From Candidatus Sumerlaeia bacterium (GTDB lineage Bacteria; Sumerlaeota; Sumerlaeia; SLMS01), in contig JBBQYG010000046.1 of the NCBI GenBank assembly GCA_038208905.1, positions 1 to 26,040 on the forward strand: 26,040 bases of DNA. The letters run 5' to 3'. The position numbers were made by a program, and so were the translations under genes. Positions 17,962 to 25,703 of this stretch are shown here, piece after piece. The first letter of the stretch is position 1. Each line of letters begins with the position of its first letter. The notes beneath the pieces were generated by a model that did no database searches, was not told the origin of the DNA, and was given only the letters and a program-made list of their open reading frames with translations.

Positions 17962-18726
17962 ATGGCAACCCTCTGTGTGAACATCGACCATGTCGCCACC
18001 GTCCGCAACGCGCGGGGCGAATCGGAGCCCGACCCCCTTCACGCGGCGGTGATCTGCGAATTGGCGGGGGCCGTGGGGATCACGTTTCACCTCCGCGAGG
18101 ACCGCCGCCACATCCGCGACGAGGACGCCTTTGCGCTGCGCCGCGTGGTCAAGGGTCTGCTGAACATGGAGATGGCCTGCACCGACGAAATGGTCAAGAT
18201 CGCCATCGAGTTGCACCCGGACCAAGTGACCTTGGTGCCGGAAAAGCGCGCGGAGCTAACCACCGAGGGCGGCCTTGATGTCGTCGGCAACCGGGTCGCC
18301 GTGGCCTCCGCCACGCGCAAGCTGCTAGAGGCGGGTGTCAAAGTCAGCCACTTTATCGACCCGGATGCCGCGCAAGTTTCTGCATCGGTGGAAACGGGGG
18401 CCACGCATGTGGAGTTCCATACGGGGACGTATGCCCGGCACTTCGACCGGGAACGCGCTCTCGCCATGAGGGAGTGCGACCGCTTGGAGGTGGCGTGCCT
18501 TCAGGCCCACGGCAATGGCATCGTGGTGAACGCGGGCCACGGGCTGAACTACCGTAACGCGATTCCGGTGGCGCACCTCCCGTTTATGAACGAACTGAAC
18601 ATCGGCCATGCCATAGTGGGCCGTGCCCTGATGACAGGGCTCGACCGCGCCGTCCGGGATATGGTCGAGTTGATCAGGAACAGCAGGAATGAGACGGCAG
18701 GGATAAGGATGAGGGATGAGGGATGA
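17962..18726 (+). CDS. pdxJ: pyridoxine 5'-phosphate synthase
   Basis: VNIDHVATVRNAR, HLREDRRHI, VTLVPEKRAELTTEGGLDV, EFHTG, NAGHGLNY, ELNIGH; RBS GGAG. Confidence 0.97.
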   Translation: MATLCVNIDHVATVRNARGESEPDPLHAAVICELAGAVGITFHLREDRRHIRDEDAFALRRVVKGLLNMEMACTDEMVKIAIELHPDQVTLVPEKRAELTTEGGLDVVGNRVAVASATRKLLEAGVKVSHFIDPDAAQVSASVETGATHVEFHTGTYARHFDRERALAMRECDRLEVACLQAHGNGIVVNAGHGLNYRNAIPVAHLPFMNELNIGHAIVGRALMTGLDRAVRDMVELIRNSRNETAGIRMRDEG

Positions 18727-18844
18727 AAAGGGGAGCGGGGGCGGATGGTATACGCGCGCCGTCCCTCGATTCAATCCATCACCCCTTCTTGTTCATCCCT
18801 CATACCTCATCCTTATCCCTGCTTTATCCCTCATCCCTATTCCT
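18697..18844. repeat. 31-bp inverted repeat built from 7-mer units (GGGATGA/TCATCCC)
   Basis: 18697-18727 versus 18792-18822 match 30/31 as inverted repeats with a 64-nt spacer; further degenerate heptamers run to ~18844. Confidence 0.85.
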
Positions 18845-18885
18845 CTTAGGAGACCCCCGCGGGCCCCGCGCCCCCGAAATCGCCG

Positions 18886-20064
18886 ATGAGAATTCTGTAC
18901 CTCTGTGGAGACCAGGGTATCCCGGCCTTTGGCCGGAAGGGCGCCTCGACGCATATGCGCGAGATGATCGGCGCGTTCAGGGGGTTGGGGCACGAGGTGT
19001 GTCTTGCCTGTGCCGACATCGCCGGCGACAGGCGGCCGGAAGAGGATTTCCCGCTGGTCAAGCTGCCGCGGCCGGCGTCGCGGTTGCTGGGCACGGATGG
19101 GCGCTATCTGCTGGCCAACCATTTGGCGAAGTCGGTCCTCAAGCGCGTGGTGTATGATTTTCAGCCCGATGCGGTCTACGAGCGCTCGGCCCTGTATTTC
19201 TCCGCGGGGGAATGGCTCAGCAACCGGTTCAAGCTCCCCCGGGTGCTGGAAGTGAACTCGATCCTTTCACACGAGCAGAATCAGCGCCTGCACCTTTCGA
19301 GCTTCGCATGGAAGGCGGAGTTGAGCCTGCTCCGCAACTCGATGGCGACTGCCGCGATTTCGGGCTATATGTCGCGCCAGCTCGATGCGCTTGGCTGTGA
19401 TCCCCAGCGCATCCGGGCGTTTCCGATGGCGGTCGATCCCAAGCGCTTTCGCCTTCCTGTGGATCCCGAGCACCGGCGGCACGAGCTTCAGTGGCCCGAC
19501 GGCGATATCGTGCTGGGCTACGTTGGCTCAATGAACTCCTACCACCGGCCCAACTGGTTCATGGACCTTGCGGAGAAGGTACTCCGCCGAAGCGAGAAGG
19601 GCGTCCGGTTCCTGATCGTCGGCGGCACGGCCCTCAAGGTCCAGCGACACCGCAGCCGACTCCTTCGCTGGGTGGAGCAGGGGCTTGTTCACTTTACCGG
19701 CAGCGTTCCCCAAGCCGAAATGACTGGATGGATGGCTGCCATGAACGTGGTGTTGGTCCCCGGCGCCGCGCCGCAATCCACCCCCACCAAGATCTTCGAG
19801 GCCGCCGCGGTGGGGCGCCCCGTGATCCTTCCCGCGACCGAGCCAATTAAGGAGCTCTGTGGCCAGGAGGCGCACTTCCTGTTCCGGCCCAACGATTTCC
19901 GATCGTTCGAGAAGAAGGTCCGCGAATTCATCACCGACCCCGATGACTTCACCCGCCCCGCCGCCGTCCTCCAGCGGAAAATCATCGCGGAGCACACCTG
20001 GGAACGACACGCCCGGGACATCGTCCACTGGCTGACCGAGCTTCAGGGGGAGCGTCGGAAGTAG
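18886..20064 (+). CDS. glycosyltransferase family 4 (GT-B fold)
   Basis: MRILYL, GASTH, GHEV, PDAVYER, VLGYVGS, FLIVGG, FTGSVP, PTKIFEAAAVGRPVI, HTWE. Confidence 0.9.
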   Translation: MRILYLCGDQGIPAFGRKGASTHMREMIGAFRGLGHEVCLACADIAGDRRPEEDFPLVKLPRPASRLLGTDGRYLLANHLAKSVLKRVVYDFQPDAVYERSALYFSAGEWLSNRFKLPRVLEVNSILSHEQNQRLHLSSFAWKAELSLLRNSMATAAISGYMSRQLDALGCDPQRIRAFPMAVDPKRFRLPVDPEHRRHELQWPDGDIVLGYVGSMNSYHRPNWFMDLAEKVLRRSEKGVRFLIVGGTALKVQRHRSRLLRWVEQGLVHFTGSVPQAEMTGWMAAMNVVLVPGAAPQSTPTKIFEAAAVGRPVILPATEPIKELCGQEAHFLFRPNDFRSFEKKVREFITDPDDFTRPAAVLQRKIIAEHTWERHARDIVHWLTELQGERRK

Positions 20065-20118
20065 CGGCGGCCCCGCCCTGCGATATCGACAGAACCGGCA
20101 CCCGACTGCGAAAAGGGC

Positions 20119-20172
20119 TTGACGGCCCGTCTCGTTTGGATAGATAAGTATATCCAGATGAGACAAAGGAGG
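20119..20172 (+). promoter_or_regulatory. TA operon promoter with palindromic operator and RBS
   Basis: TTGACG at 20119-20124; inverted repeat GTCTCGTTTGGATA (20129-20142) / TATCCAGATGAGAC (20151-20164), 12/14 matching, around an AT-rich -10 region; AAAGGAGG at 20165-20172. Confidence 0.65.
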
Positions 20173-20179
20173 TCTGGCC

Positions 20180-20731
20180 ATGACCCCAAAAGACGAAAAC
20201 ACCAAGAAGCCCCGCCAATACGAGATCATCGAGGATGAGCCGGCAATGGTGGTCAGCGAGGCAGCCCCGGTCTATGGCGCCTACGCCCGCCAGAATTCCG
20301 CTCGCGGCACGGTGCGCTCGATGATTTATCGCCTCGACGATTCCGGCCTCGTGGGGGAACTCAACCCCTCGGAGCTGATTCGCACCATCGAGGTAGGGCT
20401 ACCGGTCAGCGAGTTCGAGGATTTGCAGGAGAGCCTTGGCGTGCCAGCGGATCGTCTCGCCCCGCTGCTTGCGATCTCCAAGGCCACGTTGCATCGCCGC
20501 AAGGCGGGGGGCGTGCTGAGCCCCGGCGAATCGGATCGCGTGCTGCGCTATGCCCAGCTCATGGGTCTGGCAATCGATGTGTTTGAATCGGAGGATGCCG
20601 CCCGCGCGTGGCTGAAGGCGCCGCAGGTGGGCCTCGGCGGGGAGGTTCCCCTGAACTATGCCCGCACGGAAGTGGGCGCGCGCGAGGTGGAGGACCTCCT
20701 TGGCCGCATCGAGCATGGAGTCTATTCCTGA
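20180..20731 (+). CDS. Xre/MbcA/ParS-family antitoxin
   Basis: HTH region LLAISKATLHRRK; LSPGESDRVLR; C-terminal ARAWLKAPQVGLGGEVPL...GAREVEDLLGRIEHGVYS. Confidence 0.92.
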   Translation: MTPKDENTKKPRQYEIIEDEPAMVVSEAAPVYGAYARQNSARGTVRSMIYRLDDSGLVGELNPSELIRTIEVGLPVSEFEDLQESLGVPADRLAPLLAISKATLHRRKAGGVLSPGESDRVLRYAQLMGLAIDVFESEDAARAWLKAPQVGLGGEVPLNYARTEVGAREVEDLLGRIEHGVYS

Positions 20732-21198
20732 TGCCGGAGGCTTGGCGGCTGACGCGCGCGAAGTATGCCGCGACTGCCTTTGACGGGGAGGGCGCCCGGA
20801 TGCACGGCGGGCGCTGGAACTCCCGGGGTGTGGGGGTCGTCTATGCGAGCGCGGCGATATCCCTGGCCGCGCTGGAGATGCTGGTCCACATCGACCCCAT
20901 GCTGCCGATTCGCTATGTCACCATCGCCGTGGAATTCGACGACGACATGGTGGAGGAGTTGCCAGTAGGCAGGCTGACCCCGGCTTGGCGAGGCGAGCCT
21001 CCGGGACCCGCCACCAAATCAATTGGGGACGCATGGGCGCGGCGGGCTCGCTCGGCGATTCTCAAGCTTCCCAGCGTGATCGTCCCGAGCGAGTTCAACT
21101 ACCTGATCAATCCCTCGCATCCTGACTTCGCCCGCCTCAGGATCGGAATTCCGGTGGCCTTCGCCTTCGATTCCCGGCTTCTGAAGACGAGGCCGTAA
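20731..21198 (+). CDS. RES-domain toxin (NAD+-targeting, ParT/MbcT-like)
   Basis: TGATG coupling to the antitoxin; GEGARMHGGRWN (R), LAALEMLVH (E), LPSVIVP (S), NYLINPSHPDF. Confidence 0.93.
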   Translation: MPEAWRLTRAKYAATAFDGEGARMHGGRWNSRGVGVVYASAAISLAALEMLVHIDPMLPIRYVTIAVEFDDDMVEELPVGRLTPAWRGEPPGPATKSIGDAWARRARSAILKLPSVIVPSEFNYLINPSHPDFARLRIGIPVAFAFDSRLLKTRP

Positions 21199-21204
21199 GC
21201 GTGG

Positions 21205-21516
21205 CTATTGGAAGTTCCGCCGGGCCTTATCCTCGTAGGCGCGGACCTCGCCCGATAGCATCGAAAGCACCAAGGCCACCAAACCCAGATCGTCCACGAC
21301 GCCGATCAGCGGCAGAAAGTCGGGGATAATGTCGATCGGCGAAATCACGTAGATCAGCGCCACCACGCCAAGCACCTTGAAGCGGGTCGGAAACCTGTAG
21401 CGCGGATCTCTTAGCATTCGCATGAACGTGCCGAACATGCCTAAGGCCGCCTGGGCGAACCCTCTCGCCGGGCGCTCCCGGGGATAGACCACATGGGGGA
21501 CCTCAGAGTTCGCCAT
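21205..21516 (-). CDS. YkvA/DUF1232 family membrane protein
   Basis: YVISPIDIIPDFLPLIGVVDD signature; upstream AGGAG. Confidence 0.9.
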   Translation of the reverse strand: MANSEVPHVVYPRERPARGFAQAALGMFGTFMRMLRDPRYRFPTRFKVLGVVALIYVISPIDIIPDFLPLIGVVDDLGLVALVLSMLSGEVRAYEDKARRNFQ

Positions 21517-21557
21517 GGCGCGTCATGCTCCTTTTGGGATCGCTTTGCCTGACTATG

Positions 21558-21573
21558 TACAAGGATCGTGCCA
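21558..21573 (-). promoter_or_regulatory. sigma54 (-24/-12)-like promoter
   Basis: Minus strand TGGCACGATCCTTGTA versus consensus TGGCAC-N5-TTGCW, one mismatch, ~41 bp upstream of the DUF1232 start. Confidence 0.45.
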
Positions 21574-21627
21574 GCGTTATGGGCACGTCAATCTCCGTAT
21601 TGGCGCCGTTTCCGGGGCCCAGGATGA

Positions 21628-22446
21628 CTACCGGCTGGCTAGTCGTGGAGCCAGCCGATCGGGAGATCGGCGTTCCCAGGACACCAACACGCGCCACGCC
21701 CAGCGCCGCTGGAGGCGGGCGCCTTTCAGCCCCGCGCGCGCAACCATCGAGCGCCATTCGGCGGGAGTGTAAGCGCGCCGCACGGACAGAGGCGCATCGT
21801 GATGGAAGACACGGTTGCGCGTGACGAGCCCGCCGATGGCCTTGATGCCGAGCCACGCGGCGATGTGGCGCTCGAGATCATTGACCACCACGCCGTGGGT
21901 GGCCGCGCCCGCCATGAGGGAGAGCCAGTCCACCACCTCGCCCGCGGGAAAGTGGTGGAGGAAGAGCGAGCAATAGACGGCGTGAAACGGCTCGGCGACG
22001 GCGGGAAGCGGGGCGCGCGAGGGCGCGCCCGAAGTTGCGCGCCCGCGGCCCGAGGATGCGGAGCGGAGGACATCGCGCGCGTCGGCGTGGAGGACGATGA
22101 TCTCCGGAAATCGCGCGGTCGCGCGGCGGGCCTCCGCCGCGAGGTCGCCGTTGAGCTCCACGGCGACGATGCAAATGGGGAGGCGCCGACGACGAGCGGA
22201 CTTGACGATGCCGATGGCGACATCGCCTGCGCCGCACCCTACATCGCAGAGGCGCAATGTAGCTGGCCGGTCGGCCATCGCGCGCCGGAGGATGGGTTCC
22301 AGAGCGGCGACCGTTGGCCCTATTCCGCCCAGCCAGCGGTTGACGCGGCGGAGCCCGGTCAGCGCGCCGACCATCTCCTCGCGCGAAACGCGTTCCGGTT
22401 GGTCCATCAGTTCCAGCGCCGGGGATCGCCGCCGAAAAGAGATCAT
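21628..22446 (-). CDS. class I SAM-dependent methyltransferase
   Basis: ATG 22446 overlaps the peptidase stop (ATGA); ELMD, LRRVNRWLGG, DVGCGAGD (motif I), SLFLHHF, VNDLER, HDAPLSVRRAYT. Confidence 0.88.
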   Translation of the reverse strand: MISFRRRSPALELMDQPERVSREEMVGALTGLRRVNRWLGGIGPTVAALEPILRRAMADRPATLRLCDVGCGAGDVAIGIVKSARRRRLPICIVAVELNGDLAAEARRATARFPEIIVLHADARDVLRSASSGRGRATSGAPSRAPLPAVAEPFHAVYCSLFLHHFPAGEVVDWLSLMAGAATHGVVVNDLERHIAAWLGIKAIGGLVTRNRVFHHDAPLSVRRAYTPAEWRSMVARAGLKGARLQRRWAWRVLVSWERRSPDRLAPRLASR

Positions 22447-24143
22447 CGCGGCGGCAATGCGGAACCCAGCAGGAGCCAGGCATCGCCCACGTTGGTTGTA
22501 TCGTTGAGGATCGGAACGCCAGTCAGTGCATCGACGCCGCCCGCGTCCCAGCCTGTCCACCCGGTCACGGACCAGTCGGCGACGGTGCGGGGATCTGCAT
22601 CAAGCGCGGTGCCCGCGAGATCGGTGCCGGAGAGTTCCAGTGTATAGACACCGTTGGGAACGACCGACTGGCGCAGATCGAAATCAGCGACCGCCGTGTC
22701 GCCCCCGTAGCGATCCCAGCCAAAGATCGAGCCGCCGCCGTCCACCACGAACACGGGTACCGCGCCATTTGCCACGTTGGCGAGCGAGATGCCCGGCGCC
22801 GCCGTGGTGGAAACGCCGGGGAACGCGCGCAGGATTCCAGAACCCGTGTCGCGTTCCCGCATCGGCTTGGTGAAGCGAATCACCGCGGTGTACCTGCGCG
22901 TGGTGCGCAACGGGCCGTTTGCGATCGTCACCAGAATTCGCGTGGCGCCGCCCACCTGTGTTGTTCGCGCCTGGCGGAAGACGAGCGGAGAGGATTCCGA
23001 TCGGCCATCCGTCGTGTCGTAGATCAGCACCTCGCGGACGGACGCAGGCCCCGCCGAGTAGTACAAGCCGGCGGCAATCGCGGGCTCAAGCTCGCGACGC
23101 GTCGCGTCCACCTGGGAATCGGGAAGAATAAAGCCGTTGAAGAGTTCGCCGCTCGGCGGGCGCGCCTCCAGCGTATAGGACATCGCCCGGTAGGTTCCGG
23201 CGAAGTACTCGTCCGTGGCGCCGATCGATTCCGTCTCCACGCGCGTCGGGAGGTTTCCGTATATACGCCCCGAAATGCCAATCGTCACGGAGCGCATGAT
23301 GCCATAGGCATCGATGACGGCGGCGCTGCGCGCGGCGCTCGCGTCGGTGATCGAGTAATACACCTGCTGGTGGCTGTGCACATCGACATAGAAGCGCAAT
23401 CGCGATTCGTTCAGCAGCGCCGCGGCCGCATAGAGCGCCTGGCTCTCGGGCTCGCTCCCCGCGGAGGGGCCACGATATGTTTCGCCCGTGGTGCTTCCGG
23501 AACCGCCGCCGAATCCGAAGCTGTGATTGCGATTCAGATCCACGCCGTTGAACGCGTCGCCCGTGGTCGAGAGAAAATCGTCGGCGTTCAGCATGCTCTT
23601 TCGCCGCATCCGGCCATCCGCCCCGCCACCGCCGCTGGCGCTGCCGCCGACGGTCTGCGCGGGGAAGAGCTGGGTCACCGCAAAGCCATCGGGATTCGCG
23701 ATGGGAAGGATCACGATCTCCAGATTATCCACCAGAAAGCGCGCCGTGGCATCCTCGCCCGCGGCGAGTCGCTCGAAGACGGCGGTGACGACCTCCGGGC
23801 TGATCCACTCGCGCGGGTGGATCGTCCCCTGCAGCATCGCGGCGCCTTTGGCTGTGCCATCGGGCGTGGTGGTTCCCGCGGTGGCAAACCGATAGGCGAC
23901 GATGTTGGTTCCGCGGATCGAAGTGCCCACGGCGTGCATCGTGATAAAATCCTTCTCCAGCGCCAGCGCCATGTGCCGCGAGTTAAGAGCGGACTGGGAA
24001 CGAAAACCCGCAACCGGCGTCAGCGAGTTCACCGGCATCGGCACCGCATAGCCAAGCCCGCCACTGGTGATGGCGTTTACGGTCTGCCCACCCGCCATCG
24101 AGGAAAGCGCGGCTGCGATGACGATTGCAGAGAGCGCCTTCAT
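22443..24143 (-). CDS. secreted M14 zinc carboxypeptidase with C-terminal beta-rich domain
   Basis: Signal peptide MKALSAIVIAAALSSMAGG; zinc motif IHPREW (HxxE), NPDG, RMRRK, GVDLNRN, SEPE, DVHS, TLE; start overlaps the upstream stop (ATGA). Confidence 0.9.
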   Translation of the reverse strand: MKALSAIVIAAALSSMAGGQTVNAITSGGLGYAVPMPVNSLTPVAGFRSQSALNSRHMALALEKDFITMHAVGTSIRGTNIVAYRFATAGTTTPDGTAKGAAMLQGTIHPREWISPEVVTAVFERLAAGEDATARFLVDNLEIVILPIANPDGFAVTQLFPAQTVGGSASGGGGADGRMRRKSMLNADDFLSTTGDAFNGVDLNRNHSFGFGGGSGSTTGETYRGPSAGSEPESQALYAAAALLNESRLRFYVDVHSHQQVYYSITDASAARSAAVIDAYGIMRSVTIGISGRIYGNLPTRVETESIGATDEYFAGTYRAMSYTLEARPPSGELFNGFILPDSQVDATRRELEPAIAAGLYYSAGPASVREVLIYDTTDGRSESSPLVFRQARTTQVGGATRILVTIANGPLRTTRRYTAVIRFTKPMRERDTGSGILRAFPGVSTTAAPGISLANVANGAVPVFVVDGGGSIFGWDRYGGDTAVADFDLRQSVVPNGVYTLELSGTDLAGTALDADPRTVADWSVTGWTGWDAGGVDALTGVPILNDTTNVGDAWLLLGSALPPR

Positions 24144-25234
24144 CGGCCGAGCCACCCCTCGATGTCTATACGGAGCGCTTCGTCCAGCGCCACGTTCGAC
24201 GCCGCTTCGTCAAGCGCTGCTCGTGCCTCCGCAGTGGCTTGCAGCATCAGCGCCAGGGCCGCATGCCGAGCCGTCGCCGCGTCGCCGAGCGCCGCCGCCA
24301 GTTCCGCCGTCATCGCCGGTGATCCGTCGCTTGCCAACACCGCTGCCGCCGTCGCGCCATCGCGTGCCAGGTATGCGGAAACCGCCAGCCCGCCGGGACG
24401 GCCCTCCGCGAATGCCGCCGCCGAGGCGATGCCCGCGTGTGACCGCGCGGCGGCCAGGAGGCGCGCGCGTTCGGCGGCGGGAAACTTTTCGGAAAGCCTC
24501 AGCAGATACAGGGCGCCCGCGTCGCTCAGCAACGCGAGTTCCGGTGCGTTGGGTGCAATACCCGCCGTCGCCCACGCCTCCGCCAGCAGCAGGCTGCGCG
24601 TGTTGCCGTGGGGAGCGTTGGGCGCTCCGCCCGTCAAATCTCCGGCCGCCTTCGCCGCCGTCCCGGTGCCGGACTTCGCTATCGCCGCGAGCGCGGCGGA
24701 AACTTCGGGAGCCGAGCTGTCCAGCGCCGCGACCTCCTCCAGAAACCCAAGGTCGTCGCGCGCTGTATAGACGTCGAGCGCCGCGCGCTGCCGAATGTGC
24801 CAGGCCGCCTTGGCTGCTTCCTGATCGAAGGGATACACCGCGCGGTCAAACCACGCGCGGCATCCCAGTTCCTTCACCGTGACCGTGGGCGACTGCTTAG
24901 CCGCGGCGTCCAGCCACGCGAGCGAAGCCGCCGTTCCTATCTCCCCCAGCTTTGCCGCCACGTCGCGCTTCAACTCCTCGACAGGTGCCACGTCGCCCGA
25001 CTTGGCATCGGCCGCGACCACCATCGCCAGCAAGGCCGCCTCGGAATCGGGGAGCGGCTGGCCCGCCCGCGATTCCGCCGCAACCGCCAGCAAGGCGGCG
25101 GCGCAGGCGAGGCGAAGAAGTGAACGGAATGGAAGCAAGCGGCGCGGGGTCCAGTGGTCGCAGTCAAGCGGCAACCAAGCATGGGACACTTTCGCGCCGA
25201 TGGCAAGCAGGGAGAACGATGCGGGGCGCGCCAC
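24140..25234 (-). CDS. hypothetical Ala-rich alpha-helical protein, probably secreted
   Basis: Stop is coupled to the peptidase start; signal-peptide-like LLRLACAAALLAVAAESRA; start uncertain (GTG 25234 or TTG 25138). Confidence 0.65.
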   Translation of the reverse strand: MARPASFSLLAIGAKVSHAWLPLDCDHWTPRRLLPFRSLLRLACAAALLAVAAESRAGQPLPDSEAALLAMVVAADAKSGDVAPVEELKRDVAAKLGEIGTAASLAWLDAAAKQSPTVTVKELGCRAWFDRAVYPFDQEAAKAAWHIRQRAALDVYTARDDLGFLEEVAALDSSAPEVSAALAAIAKSGTGTAAKAAGDLTGGAPNAPHGNTRSLLLAEAWATAGIAPNAPELALLSDAGALYLLRLSEKFPAAERARLLAAARSHAGIASAAAFAEGRPGGLAVSAYLARDGATAAAVLASDGSPAMTAELAAALGDAATARHAALALMLQATAEARAALDEAASNVALDEALRIDIEGWLGR

Positions 25235-25386
25235 ACAGCGTCCTTATGTTCCCTCCCATCAACTTCGCGGTACATCTGCCGCCATCGCGGGTGTGAGCCT
25301 TCCCCTTGCCGAGCCCCCGGCTCTGGAACACAACAAGCCTGCTGGCCGCACCCGCCCGCGCGGCGGCCTGCCATCGAGGCGACACG

Positions 25387-25665
25387 ATGAAGACCATCAA
25401 GGCCATCCATGAAAACGGCGTCTTTCGGCCAATGGAGCCGGTGGATCTGCCGGAGCATAGCGAAGTATAGGTGGATTGCACACCCTCGGCATTGGAGAAT
25501 ACCGAATCCGTGACCGAACCGGACAAGAGGTTCGCGGCGCTCCGGGGGGTTATGCCATGGCCGAAGGCACCAAGCCGGGGCATCGACCTAGACAAGTATC
25601 GAGGGACAGTCAACTGGCCAGAGGATGGTGTGGCATATCGGCGCCGTATTCGAGATGAGGAGTAG
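25387..25665 (+). pseudogene. DUF104/AF2212-like antitoxin with internal stop
   Basis: MKTIKAIHENGVFRPMEPVDLPEHSEV, then in-frame TAG at 25468-25470, then continues in frame to ...WPEDGVAYRRRIRDEE*. Confidence 0.8.
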
Positions 25666-25667
25666 TC

Positions 25668-25703
25668 GTGAGAATCGTACTCGATAGGAACGCCGTCATC
25701 TAG
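25668..25703 (+). pseudogene. truncated PIN-domain (VapC-like) toxin fragment
   Basis: GTG 2 nt after the antitoxin stop with GAGGAG RBS; reads MRIVLDRNAVI*, matching the PIN beta1 LDTN pattern; ends exactly where the repeat array begins. Confidence 0.65.

Noticed and set aside
18723-19157. ORF 18723..19157 spanning the heptamer repeat
   Set aside because: Low-complexity translation of the repeat, overlapping the GT4 gene out of frame
25468-25470. TAG readthrough or stop-codon recoding
   Set aside because: TAG is a normal stop for many genes in this window and the partner toxin is also broken, so pseudogenisation is the simpler explanation
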